Part shown: positions 18,009 through 28,280 of the stretch, in pieces
Layout of the letters: every line of letters begins with the position of its first letter
Position numbering within the stretch: the first letter of the stretch is position 1
Assembly (NCBI GenBank): GCA_028696995.1
Contig: JAQVFY010000001.1
Location: 18,444 to 82,443, forward strand
Source: Patescibacteria group bacterium
GTDB lineage: Bacteria; Patescibacteriota; Patescibacteriia; Patescibacteriales; UBA12465
DNA: 64,000 bases
Reading direction: 5' to 3'
The notes under the pieces: model-generated
Seen by the model: only the letters and a program-made list of their open reading frames with translations
Told to the model about the DNA's origin: nothing
Database searches by the model: none
Program-made: the position numbers and the translations under genes

Positions 18009-19550
18009 ATGAAAGAAAAAATTAATGCTTTTTTAAAAGATGTTATGACCTTGGCCGTTGTTTGCTATCAATTTGGCGACACTGGAAAAGGTAAACTCGT
18101 TGATCTCTTTTCTTCTTGGGCTGATATTATCGCTCGAGGAACTGGCGGAGCTAATGCTGGGCATACTATTTGCCTTAGGGGTAAAGAGTATATTTTCAAC
18201 TTATTACCATCTGGAATATTGAAGGATTCTGAGGGAAAGCTGAATATAATGGGATCTGGTATGGTTATATCCCTCATTAAACTATCAAGGGAGCTGAGAC
18301 TTGTTCATGAAAATGGCTATACCACCAATAACTTAAAAATTTCGCATCGTGCGAAACTGGTTTTACCTTTTCATATTATAGTTGATCGTTTAAAAGAATT
18401 ATCGCTATGTAAAGGCGATAAAATTGGTACAACTGGAAAGGGGATAACTCCGGCTTATCTCAGCCATTATGCTCGAGAGGGGGTAGTCATGAATGACCTT
18501 CTTAATCCGGATATATTTGTCGAAAAAGTTAGGAAGATGGCTAATGAAGCTATTGAAATGGCTTCAAAAGCTAAACGAGATGACTTTTTTAAAATTATGG
18601 TCAGTCCGGATCTCGATAATGGCATTTTTTATCATCCTAAAAAACTTATTGATGTTGATATGGTGATAAAAAAATATTTAGGTTATGCCAAAGATATCGC
18701 AAGATATATCTGTGATACCGATTCAATTATGAGAAATTCGGTTGGAAAGAGCAAAATCTTGCTTGAGGGAGCTCAAGGAGTTCTTTTAAGCATTGATTAT
18801 GGAACCTATCCCTACGTAACCTCATCTGACTCGTCAGCTGAGGGTTTAGCTAAGGGCGTTGGACTGAAGCACTCTGATATAGACTTAGAATTGGGGCTTA
18901 TCAAAGGTTTTTACATGACCCGAGTTGGTTGTGGTCCTTTCACGTCGGAAGCAGGAGGTGAAGAAAGCGCAGAGCTTTGCAATAATGTTTTTAAGCCCGA
19001 AGAATTTCGAAGGGAGGAAGAAGCGATTATTGAAAAGTTTTTTAAAAACGGAAACTCTGTATCTGAGTTGATGGTTGGAAGACTTCTTCGAATTTCGGGT
19101 GGGGAGTACGGAGCTACCACGAAAAGGCCTCGTAGAATTGGTTGGCTTGATCTGCCATTACTGAGATATGTAATGGAGGTTACCGGTAATAAAAATCTGG
19201 TTTTGACTAAACTTGATGTTTTAAACGTGTTGAACCAGATAGGTGGAGAGCCATTAAGAGTTTGCTATAAATATCGTTACGAAGGGGAAAAACCTTATAA
19301 CTACGGAGAGGTAATTGTTAAGAAAGGACAAGTTATTAAAGTAGCGATTCCGGATCCAAAATTCCTGGAGCAATGTGAGCCTATTTATGACTCTTTTGAA
19401 GTCTGGAGTGAAGATATCTCTAAGATAGACTCTTCGGACCATCTTCCAATAAATCTAAAAATCCTGTTAATTTATTTAAAAAGAGAAACAGGGGCAAACA
19501 TCAGGATTTTGTCAGTTGGCAGAGAAGCTGATCAAACAATCTTTATGTAA
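18009..19550 (+). CDS. purA: Adenylosuccinate synthetase (with insertions)
   Basis: QFGDTGKGK, GGANAGHT, IGTTGKGI, EGAQG, GTYPYVTSS, GATTKRPRRIGW, TKLDVL. Confidence 0.93.
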   Translation: MKEKINAFLKDVMTLAVVCYQFGDTGKGKLVDLFSSWADIIARGTGGANAGHTICLRGKEYIFNLLPSGILKDSEGKLNIMGSGMVISLIKLSRELRLVHENGYTTNNLKISHRAKLVLPFHIIVDRLKELSLCKGDKIGTTGKGITPAYLSHYAREGVVMNDLLNPDIFVEKVRKMANEAIEMASKAKRDDFFKIMVSPDLDNGIFYHPKKLIDVDMVIKKYLGYAKDIARYICDTDSIMRNSVGKSKILLEGAQGVLLSIDYGTYPYVTSSDSSAEGLAKGVGLKHSDIDLELGLIKGFYMTRVGCGPFTSEAGGEESAELCNNVFKPEEFRREEEAIIEKFFKNGNSVSELMVGRLLRISGGEYGATTKRPRRIGWLDLPLLRYVMEVTGNKNLVLTKLDVLNVLNQIGGEPLRVCYKYRYEGEKPYNYGEVIVKKGQVIKVAIPDPKFLEQCEPIYDSFEVWSEDISKIDSSDHLPINLKILLIYLKRETGANIRILSVGREADQTIFM

Positions 19551-19556
19551 AGATAT

Positions 19557-19582
19557 AACCGTCAAATTTTGGCGGTTTTTTT
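19557..19582 (+). terminator. purA terminator
   Basis: AACCGTCAA-att-TTGGCGGTTTTTTT. Confidence 0.7.
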
Positions 19583-19676
19583 ATTATTTTTTAAATTTTA
19601 CTTTTTTAAAAATAGATGTTAAAATGTTAATACTTAGGTTAAAAAAACTTAATTTTTTATAATTAATTTTAAAATT

Positions 19677-20429
19677 ATGGGTATTTTTATAGTTATTGGA
19701 ATAATTATTTTATTTTTTTTATCTTCATTAAAAGAAATAAAACAATATGAAAGAGGTGTTTTATTTACTATGGGACGATTTACTAGGGTTATGAATCCAG
19801 GATGGCGTTTTTTGTGGCCAGTTTTTCAAGGATATAAAAGAGTTGATATTAGAGTTAAAGCAGTTGATGTACCTGATCAAAGAGCTATAACCAGAGATAA
19901 TGTTGCTGTAACCGTCAATGCCGTTTTATATTATAAAGTATTAGACGCTCCTAAGGCTGTTATTGAAGTTGAAAATTTTTATTATGCTGCTAGTCAATAT
20001 GCTCAAACTACTATGAGAAATATTGTTGGAGAAACTACTTTAGATGAACTTTTAAGTAGTCGAGAAAAAATAGCTGAAAGAATAAAAGAAATCGTTGATA
20101 AAGAGACCGATGCTTGGGGCTTAAGCGTTAACAATGTTGAATTAAAAGATGTTATTTTACCAGAATCAATGGAGAGAACTATAGCTAAACAAGCTGAAGC
20201 CGAGAGAGAAAAAAGGGCTGTTATTATTAATGCTGAAGGAGAATTAGCTGCTGCTGAAAATTTATCCAAAGCGGCTAAAAGATTAGCTGAATCTGATGGA
20301 GCTTTACACTTAAGAACCTTGCAATCAATTAACGACATGTCATCAGATCAATCTAACACCGTAGTATTTGTAACTCCTTTAGAAATTTTAAAAGCTTTTG
20401 AAGGATTTAAAAAGAAGGAAAATAAATAA
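19677..20429 (+). CDS. SPFH/band-7 (stomatin-like) protein
   Basis: N-terminal TM, YERGV, AQTTMR, QAEAEREKRA, LHLRTLQ. Confidence 0.9.
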   Translation: MGIFIVIGIIILFFLSSLKEIKQYERGVLFTMGRFTRVMNPGWRFLWPVFQGYKRVDIRVKAVDVPDQRAITRDNVAVTVNAVLYYKVLDAPKAVIEVENFYYAASQYAQTTMRNIVGETTLDELLSSREKIAERIKEIVDKETDAWGLSVNNVELKDVILPESMERTIAKQAEAEREKRAVIINAEGELAAAENLSKAAKRLAESDGALHLRTLQSINDMSSDQSNTVVFVTPLEILKAFEGFKKKENK

Positions 20430-20438
20430 TTAAAAATT

Positions 20439-22028
20439 ATGGCTGTTTTATATCAAAAGTATCGCCCTCAACAATTTTCAGAAATCTTTGGGCAGAACCA
20501 CATTAAAACTACTTTACAAAATGAAATTTCTAGCGATAAAATATCGCATGCTTATTTATTTTGTGGACCTCGAGCTGTAGGAAAAACAACTTTAGCCAGA
20601 ATTTTAGCTAAAACTGTAAATTGTCAAAATAGGAAAAAATCTGAATTCGAACCTTGTAATAAATGTGACAACTGTTTAAGTATTTCTAATTTTAGTAATT
20701 TAGACGTCATTGAAATTGATGCTGCTAGTAATACTGGAGTAGATAATGTTAGAGAGAATATTATTGCTCTTAGTCGCGTTAAATCTTCTAATAATAAATA
20801 CAAGGTTTTTATAATCGATGAGATTCACATGTTATCTTTATCAGCCTTTAATGCTTTATTAAAAACCTTAGAAGAACCGCCAGCTAATGTGATTTTTATT
20901 TTATGCACCACAGAAATCTATAAAGTCCCTCTAACTATTATTTCTCGTTGTGAGCGTTTTGATTTTAAAAGAATTAGTGTTAATGACATGATAGCTAAGC
21001 TGGAGGTGATTATTAAAAATGAAAAAATAGAAATAGAAAGAGATGTTTTAGAATTAATAGCTCTCAAAGCCGATGGTCATTTGCGTGATGCTGAAAGCTT
21101 ATTAAGTCAAATTATTGCCGTTAGTGGTAAGAAAATAGATATGGCTAGTGCTAATTTAGTTATTCCATATAATAATTTAGAAGAGAATATAAAACTATTA
21201 GAAGCTTTGGGTCGCAAAGATACAGCTACAGCTATTAAAATAATTAACGAATTACTTAATTCCGGAATTAATTTAAAAAATTTTTTAAATGATCTAGTGG
21301 AATTATTAAGAAAAATGATTTTAAGCAAAGTTAATGATTCCTTATCTAGTAGTCTCGGTTTAGATTTAAGTGAAAAACTAGAAATAAAAATTAGCGAATT
21401 AAATAAAAATTTTTCTTTAAATGATTTAACTAAAATTACCGAAGAATTTTTATTAGCTAGCAAGGAGCTATCTTTAGCTTCTATTCCGTCATTACCGATA
21501 GAATTAGCTCTTATTAATATTTGTCAAACCGAATCTTCGAATCCAATTATTAAAAACTCATCTTTTAATAGTTCTAAAACAATTAATTCTAATTTAAAGG
21601 AAGACTCAGTTTTAAATCAAAACTCAAACCTAAAATCAGTTTCCAATTTTAATTTTTCCTCTAATTCAAAAAAAAATTCTTCAGAGTCAAACCTTAGCCT
21701 GGAGGATGTAAAAAAAAATTGGACTGAATTTGTTACTAAATTAAAACCACATAATCATTCTTTGGCGTTTATTATGCAGTCTTGTCAAATAAATGATGTT
21801 GATGAAAACAAAATTTGTCTTTCTTTTAAATATAAATTTCATAAAGATCGTCTTGACAGTCCCGAAATAAAAAAAATAATTGAAGATGTTTTAGTGGATG
21901 TTTATAAAACTAGAATAGATCTTAAGGTTATTGTTGATGAAAACTTAGAAATAAATAATAATAAAAATGATAATAATGAAATAATTGATAATTTATTAAA
22001 AACCTTTGGTGGTAAAATTATTAATTAA
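20439..22028 (+). CDS. dnaX: DNA polymerase III gamma/tau
   Basis: LYQKYRP, GPRAVGKTT, zinc module, EIDAASN, IDEIHML, LLKTLEEPP, ISRC. Confidence 0.95.
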   Translation: MAVLYQKYRPQQFSEIFGQNHIKTTLQNEISSDKISHAYLFCGPRAVGKTTLARILAKTVNCQNRKKSEFEPCNKCDNCLSISNFSNLDVIEIDAASNTGVDNVRENIIALSRVKSSNNKYKVFIIDEIHMLSLSAFNALLKTLEEPPANVIFILCTTEIYKVPLTIISRCERFDFKRISVNDMIAKLEVIIKNEKIEIERDVLELIALKADGHLRDAESLLSQIIAVSGKKIDMASANLVIPYNNLEENIKLLEALGRKDTATAIKIINELLNSGINLKNFLNDLVELLRKMILSKVNDSLSSSLGLDLSEKLEIKISELNKNFSLNDLTKITEEFLLASKELSLASIPSLPIELALINICQTESSNPIIKNSSFNSSKTINSNLKEDSVLNQNSNLKSVSNFNFSSNSKKNSSESNLSLEDVKKNWTEFVTKLKPHNHSLAFIMQSCQINDVDENKICLSFKYKFHKDRLDSPEIKKIIEDVLVDVYKTRIDLKVIVDENLEINNNKNDNNEIIDNLLKTFGGKIIN

Positions 22029-22040
22029 TTAATTAAAAAT

Positions 22041-23297
22041 ATGTTGGATATTAAAAAAATTAGAGAAGAAAAAAAATGGGTGGAAGAATCTCTACGTAAA
22101 AAAATGGGTCCCAAGGCAGATCTGGGTTTAGAAAAAATTATTGAATTAGATGATCGAAGAAAAATTATAATTCCAGAATTAGAAAATCTTAAAGCCGAAA
22201 AAAATAAATTATCCAAAGCTAAGCCTGATGCCAAAACCATTGATAATATTAAAAAAAATAATATTAATCTTAAAAAATTAGAGGATAATTTAAAAAAAAT
22301 CGAAGAAGAATTAAAAGAAAAGTTGTCAGCCTTACCAAATATTGTAGCCGATGATGTTTTAGCCGGAGGAAAAGAGAACAATAAGGTTTCCTATACTTTT
22401 AAAGAAAAAGTAAAATACGATTTTAATCCTAAAAATCATATTGATTTAGCTGAAAGCTTGGATATTATTGATTATAAAAGGGCTGCTAAAATGTCGGGTT
22501 CTGGTTTTTGGATTTATAAAGGAGAGGGTGCTTTATTGGAGTGGGCCTTACTTAATTATTTTATTAGTTTTCATATTAAAAATAATTATACTTTTTTAAT
22601 TCCTCCTTTTTTATTAAACTCGGCTTCAGCTTATGCTTCTGGTCATCTACCAAAGTTTGGCGAAGATCTTTTTTGGCTTCAAGATAATAAACTTTGTCTA
22701 AATGCTACTGCTGAAATGATGTTGGGAAATTATCATCGAGATGAAATATTAACAGAAGAATCTTTACCTTTAAAATATATTGCTTACTCAGCTTGCTTCA
22801 GGAGAGAAGCTGGTTCTTATCGCCAAGAAGAAAGAGGGATGATTCGTGGTCATCAATTTAATAAAATAGAAATGTTTCAATATTGTCACCCCGAGAAATC
22901 ATGGGATGTTTTTATTGAAATGAAAAATCAAGCTCAAGAATTATTAGAAGGCTTAGATTTGCATTTCCAAGTTAGTGATTTAGCAGCAGGGGATTGCTCA
23001 GCGGCTATGGCTAAAACGGTTGATCTCGAAGTTTATATTCCTAGTATGAAAACTTATAAAGAAGTTAGCTCGGTTTCTAACGCTTTGGACTACCAAGCTC
23101 GACGAGGTAATATTAGGTATAAGGGGGTGGATGGCAAAAAATATTTTCCGCACACTTTAAACGCCTCTGGTATGGCCACTTCTCGTTTGATACCAGCTAT
23201 TTTAGAACAAAATCAACAATCTGATGGTAGTATTATTATTCCCAAAGTCTTACAGAAATTTATGCCCAATAACCTTTCTATTATTAAGAAAAAATAA
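22041..23297 (+). CDS. serS: Seryl-tRNA synthetase
   Basis: N-terminal coiled coil, TAE, FRREAG, RGHQFNKIE, HTLNASG. Confidence 0.95.
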   Translation: MLDIKKIREEKKWVEESLRKKMGPKADLGLEKIIELDDRRKIIIPELENLKAEKNKLSKAKPDAKTIDNIKKNNINLKKLEDNLKKIEEELKEKLSALPNIVADDVLAGGKENNKVSYTFKEKVKYDFNPKNHIDLAESLDIIDYKRAAKMSGSGFWIYKGEGALLEWALLNYFISFHIKNNYTFLIPPFLLNSASAYASGHLPKFGEDLFWLQDNKLCLNATAEMMLGNYHRDEILTEESLPLKYIAYSACFRREAGSYRQEERGMIRGHQFNKIEMFQYCHPEKSWDVFIEMKNQAQELLEGLDLHFQVSDLAAGDCSAAMAKTVDLEVYIPSMKTYKEVSSVSNALDYQARRGNIRYKGVDGKKYFPHTLNASGMATSRLIPAILEQNQQSDGSIIIPKVLQKFMPNNLSIIKKK

Positions 23298-23302
23298 TTA
23301 TC

Positions 23303-24223
23303 ATGAAAATATTTTTAACCATTATATTCTATAGTTTTTATTTGCTTTTTCCTCTTATTGTTTTTTTGTCTTGGCAATTATATAAAAATAAAAAAAGGCC
23401 AATTGAAATAATTATTTTATTAATATTGGCTATTTTTTTGATTTGGATGAGGTTTGTGGAACTGAATAATTTAATAGTTAAAGATTATAAATTTACTAAA
23501 AATAAGGGTTATAATAATGAAATTAAAGTGGCTGTTTTTTCCGATATGCACTTAGGAGTTTATAATAATGATTCAATAATAAAAAAAATTGTTCAGAAAA
23601 TAAAAAAAATTAATCCTGATGTAGTAATTATCCCAGGAGATTTTATTTATTTTATTGATAAAAATAAATTAGTTGAACAATTTTCAGATCTAAAAAACAT
23701 TTCCGTTCCAGTTTTGGCTGTTTTAGGAAATCATGATTATGGCAAACCAGAAAAAAATATTTCTCAAGATTTAAATTCAGTTTTAGAATCTTTAGGGATT
23801 ATAATGATTGATAATCAAGTAAAAAAAATTAACATTAATGGTGATCTTATTGAATTTATAGGAACGGAAGATATTTGGGTGGGTAATCCAGATTATGAAG
23901 TTCTAAGAAAAGATGGCTCCGAAGATCAAGTTGATTTTACTTTTTTCATCACCCATAACCCTGACACGCTTTATGAAGTTAAAGATTTGGCTATTGATGA
24001 TTATAAAAAAATAGATCTGATGATTGCCGGTCATACTCATGCTGGTCAAATTCGTCTTCCAATTTTATATAAACACATTATTCCTACTAAATATAATTTT
24101 GATAAGGGTTTTTATAATATTTCTAATTTAAATTTATTTATAACACCTGGAATTGGAACCGTAGGTTTGCCTTTGAGATTATTTAATTTTCCAGAATTAA
24201 GTATTTTGAATATCAGATATTAA
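23303..24223 (+). CDS. Membrane-anchored metallophosphoesterase (YkuE-like)
   Basis: SDMHLG, GDF, LGNHD, HNPD, GHTHAGQ. Confidence 0.85.
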   Translation: MKIFLTIIFYSFYLLFPLIVFLSWQLYKNKKRPIEIIILLILAIFLIWMRFVELNNLIVKDYKFTKNKGYNNEIKVAVFSDMHLGVYNNDSIIKKIVQKIKKINPDVVIIPGDFIYFIDKNKLVEQFSDLKNISVPVLAVLGNHDYGKPEKNISQDLNSVLESLGIIMIDNQVKKININGDLIEFIGTEDIWVGNPDYEVLRKDGSEDQVDFTFFITHNPDTLYEVKDLAIDDYKKIDLMIAGHTHAGQIRLPILYKHIIPTKYNFDKGFYNISNLNLFITPGIGTVGLPLRLFNFPELSILNIRY

Positions 24224-24281
24224 CCATTGACTTTTTTCTTGTTTCGTGCTATATTTAGCGGTTAAATTAATAGGAAAAATA

Positions 24282-26336
24282 ATGATTATTAGAGCTAAAA
24301 AAATATTAGTATTATCAATTTTTATTTTACTTTTTGTTATTCCTGCTAATACTTCAGCTTTGGTTATAAAAAAGGAATATCCCAAATTAGCTAATTACTT
24401 CTTAAAATGGAGTATTGCCGACTACGAAGTGGCTGAATTAGCTAAATGGGATGTTTTAATTTTGGATATGGAAGTTCAGGAAAATAGTCGCTCTAATTTA
24501 AAACAAATCAGAGAATTAAACCCTGATATTATTATTTTAGCTTATATAACCTCACAAGAGGCAAATGCTGACATTTATAATAGCCCCTGGAGCTATAATG
24601 CTAGTTTAAGAAAAAAATTATTAAATGGTATTGATGATGCTTGGTGGCTAAGAGATAAAAACAATAATAGAATTACTTTTTGGGAAGGAACTTATATGCT
24701 TAATTTGAGTAATGGAGCTAAAAATAATTCCGCTGGGAAAAAATGGAATGATTATCTACCGGAATTTATTAATTGCGAAGTTATTTCTACAGGTTTATGG
24801 GATGGTATTATGTATGATAATATTTGGGGTGATGTTGCTTGGGTTAAAGAGGGAATAGACATAGAAAGTAATGGCCAAATAAAATCAACTACTGAAATAA
24901 ATAATAAATGGGCCGAGGGAACCAAAAAAATGCTGGATACGACTAGAAGACTAATTGGTCCTAATTATTTAATATTAGGAAATGGTAAGGTTTATGATGG
25001 CTATCAAAACTCTTTAAACGGAGTAATGTTTGAGGGATTTCCAGCTTCTTGGGAAGGCAATGGAGTTTGGTCTAATATCATTACTACTTATTCTAATATT
25101 AAAAAAACAAATAATACTCCTAATTTAACTATTATTAATTCTGGTAATGGAAATAATAAAAATTATCAAGCTGTGCGTTTTGGTCTAACTAGTACTTTAA
25201 TGGAAAATCATGGTTATTTTAGTTTTGATTTTGGAAGCTCTGATCATAGCCAGGTTTGGTGGTATGATGAATATAATATTAATTTAGGGCAAGCGCAAAC
25301 CAATGCTTACAACCTCTTAGATAAAGGAAATTATACTTATAAAAATGGTTTATGGCGACGTGATTTTAGTGAAGGAATTGTTTTAGTAAATTCTAGTGAC
25401 AAAGAACAACTATACGTTTTTAATAATGAAGAATTTGAAAAAATAAATGGAACCCAAGATCGAAGTATTAATAATGGAAGTATAATTAATTTTATAAAAA
25501 TAAAACCTCGGGATGGAGTTATTTTATTAAAGAGAGAAAAAAGTTTTTCAGTTATTAGAAATACCGGTTTTAATAATGGTGACTTTGTTAGAGTTTTTAA
25601 TGCTGAAGGAGGTCAACCTCGTTCTGGTTTCTTTGCTTATCTAGATAATTTTCCATCTAATTCTCAAATTATTATAACTGATATTGATAATGACAAACAA
25701 GATGAATCATTAGTAAATAGTCGAGGTATAATTTCTCTATATAAAAATGGTACAAAAATAAAAGAATTCAAACCCTATGACGGCAAATTTGTCGGGGAAA
25801 TATCTTTGGCGGTAGCTGATTTAGATGGTGATGGCACTAAGGAGATAATAACCGGAGCTGGACAAGGAGGTGGGCCCCATGTTCGTGTTTTTAATAAAGA
25901 TGGCAAGCCCTTAATTGGTGGTTTTTTTGCTTATGATCAAAAATTTCGCGGTGGAGTTAAGGTAGCGGTAATGGATTTAGATGGTGATGGAACTCAAGAA
26001 ATAATAACTGCAGCTGGAATTGGTGGTGGTCCTCATATCCGGGTTTTTAGCAAAGATGGTCGACCTTTAATTGGCGGGTTTTTTGCTTATGATCAAAAAT
26101 TTCGCGGAGGAGTTTCTTTAGCCGTAGGTGATGTTAATGGCAATGGTCAAAAAGAAATAATTACAGCCCCTAATTCAGGGAATTCTTCAGAAATAAAAAT
26201 ATTTAATAAAGATGGAAAATTTTTAAAAACTTTTCAATCTTATGAAGACGCCCCTAAATCAGGTTTAAGGGTTATGACTGATGATCTTGATAATGACGGT
26301 ATTTTTGAAATTTTAGTTGGAAGTATTAATTTTTAA
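24282..26336 (+). CDS. Secreted putative glycoside-hydrolase-like protein with C-terminal FG-GAP-type repeats
   Basis: Signal peptide; WDGIMYDN and VMFE motifs; repeats DLDGDGTxEIITxAGxGGGPH(V/I)RVF with a 156-nt period. Confidence 0.6.
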   Translation: MIIRAKKILVLSIFILLFVIPANTSALVIKKEYPKLANYFLKWSIADYEVAELAKWDVLILDMEVQENSRSNLKQIRELNPDIIILAYITSQEANADIYNSPWSYNASLRKKLLNGIDDAWWLRDKNNNRITFWEGTYMLNLSNGAKNNSAGKKWNDYLPEFINCEVISTGLWDGIMYDNIWGDVAWVKEGIDIESNGQIKSTTEINNKWAEGTKKMLDTTRRLIGPNYLILGNGKVYDGYQNSLNGVMFEGFPASWEGNGVWSNIITTYSNIKKTNNTPNLTIINSGNGNNKNYQAVRFGLTSTLMENHGYFSFDFGSSDHSQVWWYDEYNINLGQAQTNAYNLLDKGNYTYKNGLWRRDFSEGIVLVNSSDKEQLYVFNNEEFEKINGTQDRSINNGSIINFIKIKPRDGVILLKREKSFSVIRNTGFNNGDFVRVFNAEGGQPRSGFFAYLDNFPSNSQIIITDIDNDKQDESLVNSRGIISLYKNGTKIKEFKPYDGKFVGEISLAVADLDGDGTKEIITGAGQGGGPHVRVFNKDGKPLIGGFFAYDQKFRGGVKVAVMDLDGDGTQEIITAAGIGGGPHIRVFSKDGRPLIGGFFAYDQKFRGGVSLAVGDVNGNGQKEIITAPNSGNSSEIKIFNKDGKFLKTFQSYEDAPKSGLRVMTDDLDNDGIFEILVGSINF

Positions 26337-26388
26337 TTGCTTTTTCCTTTTAAATTTAATATAATATATAAGTATAATAATAAATAAT

Positions 26389-28266
26389 ATGACTAAAAAT
26401 AAAAAAAATAATTCTGATTTTAAAGGTTCTGATATTGAAATAATTCCTTCTGATCAGTCAAATCAAACGATTGACCTAAGTAATCAGAACAATGTTGAAC
26501 CAATAGACGATAATGCTGTTAGTATTAGTCGTGATCGAGTTCAAGTTAAAAAGAGTGGTAATCTGGTTATTGGAAATTTAAATTTAATGTTAAATCCTTT
26601 AAAGAAAAGATGGCAACAACATTATAGTCGTAATATTTGGCACTTGATAGCTGATATTTTTTTAGTTTTTATAATTATTACTTTAATATTTTTTCTTTAT
26701 TTAATAAATAATAGGGATGGATCTAAAATAATTTCTTTGAGTATAAAAAATAATATCGAAACTTCAGCTGGTTCCTATAATTCTTTTGAACTTGATTATA
26801 AAAGTAATTCAGAAATAAGTGGTGTTACTGCTCAAGTAATTTTTCCTGAAAACTTTATAATTGAATCAGTTTCCCCGGGTAATTTATATGATGATAATAC
26901 TAAAACATTTAATCTTGGAAATTTAGAAAAAAATTCATTTGGAAAAATAAAAATAAATGGTTTTGTTTGGGGAGAAGTTAATGATCAGCAAAACATTTTT
27001 TTTAAATTTAATTGTTCGAAATGTGGTAAAAATGGAATAAATAATTCTTTATATTACAATATTGAAAAACCAGCTATTTCTAACTCATTACAAGTGGAGG
27101 ATAATGTATTTTTAGATAGTGAATTTAAAGGGACTTTAAATATAGTAAATAACACTAATCAAAAATTAGAAAACATTAGGGTTACTCTTGGTTCGGATGT
27201 TGAAATAAAAAAAAGCAATTTATCATTAGAGAATGGGGAAATAATTATCAATCAAATAAGTAGCGGGGAAGAGCTCAATCTTGAATTTGAGGCTCTTTGT
27301 AAGAGAGGCGAAAATATTAGTATTATTCCGAGTTTCAATTTTAACTTATTTGATAATAATTTAAATTTTACAGGAGTAGAGAAGGTTATTAGTGTTAAAA
27401 AACCAGGATTAAATATCAGTATTATTAGTGAAGATGAATTAATAAACCAAGATTTATTAGCTTCTTATAAAATAAATTATAATAATAAGGAAAAGGCTAC
27501 TATTAAAAATATAAAATTAACTATTCTTTCAGCTAATCCTAATTTTTCAGTAGAATCTTTAAAAATAGATGATAATCTCAAAGGAGTTTCTTTGGTAGGA
27601 AATACTATAATTATTAATGATCTACTGGAAAATGAATTTTCCTCTATACCTTTTAAAGTTATATTTGATCGAAGACAAAATAATCCTAATCAAGAATTAT
27701 CTTTAAAGATAAATTTACAGTATGATCTTGATGGACAAACCATAAAATACACATCCTATTCTAATAAAAGTAAAATAGCGAGCAAGGCTACAGCCTCTGC
27801 TTTAGCGTATTACTATAGCCCCCAAGGAGATCAACTAGGAGTTGGTCCACTTCCTCCGTCCGTCAATATGGCTACAAATTATTGGATATTTTTGGAAGTA
27901 AGTAGTATAGGAAATGATTTAGAAAATTTTGTTTTGACTGCCGATCTTCCGGAAAATATCTATTTTTCTGATAATAAAAGAGTTCTGGATGGTAAATTAT
28001 TGTACGGAGAAGTTAGTAAGAGGATGACTTGGGAGATAGAAAAGCTTAGTGGCGATAGTAGTCGTTATCGTGCTAATTTTGAAATAACTTTAATACCAGA
28101 AGAAAGTGATCTCGGAAAAGTTCCAATACTTTTAAATAATATAAAATTTACTGCCAAGGATTCTTTTACTGATCAAGAATTGAAGCAAAATTTAGCAAAT
28201 ATTAATGCTAATATTAAAAACGATAAGTTCTCCAGTGACAAGGGGCAGGTTGTCGATATCAGATAA
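26389..28266 (+). CDS. Membrane-anchored protein with several Ig-like/DUF11-like beta domains
   Basis: Single TM near residue 85-105, beta-rich repeats, YYSPQGDQLGVGPLPP motif. Confidence 0.5.
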   Translation: MTKNKKNNSDFKGSDIEIIPSDQSNQTIDLSNQNNVEPIDDNAVSISRDRVQVKKSGNLVIGNLNLMLNPLKKRWQQHYSRNIWHLIADIFLVFIIITLIFFLYLINNRDGSKIISLSIKNNIETSAGSYNSFELDYKSNSEISGVTAQVIFPENFIIESVSPGNLYDDNTKTFNLGNLEKNSFGKIKINGFVWGEVNDQQNIFFKFNCSKCGKNGINNSLYYNIEKPAISNSLQVEDNVFLDSEFKGTLNIVNNTNQKLENIRVTLGSDVEIKKSNLSLENGEIIINQISSGEELNLEFEALCKRGENISIIPSFNFNLFDNNLNFTGVEKVISVKKPGLNISIISEDELINQDLLASYKINYNNKEKATIKNIKLTILSANPNFSVESLKIDDNLKGVSLVGNTIIINDLLENEFSSIPFKVIFDRRQNNPNQELSLKINLQYDLDGQTIKYTSYSNKSKIASKATASALAYYYSPQGDQLGVGPLPPSVNMATNYWIFLEVSSIGNDLENFVLTADLPENIYFSDNKRVLDGKLLYGEVSKRMTWEIEKLSGDSSRYRANFEITLIPEESDLGKVPILLNNIKFTAKDSFTDQELKQNLANINANIKNDKFSSDKGQVVDIR

Positions 28267-28280
28267 AAAAATAGAATACT

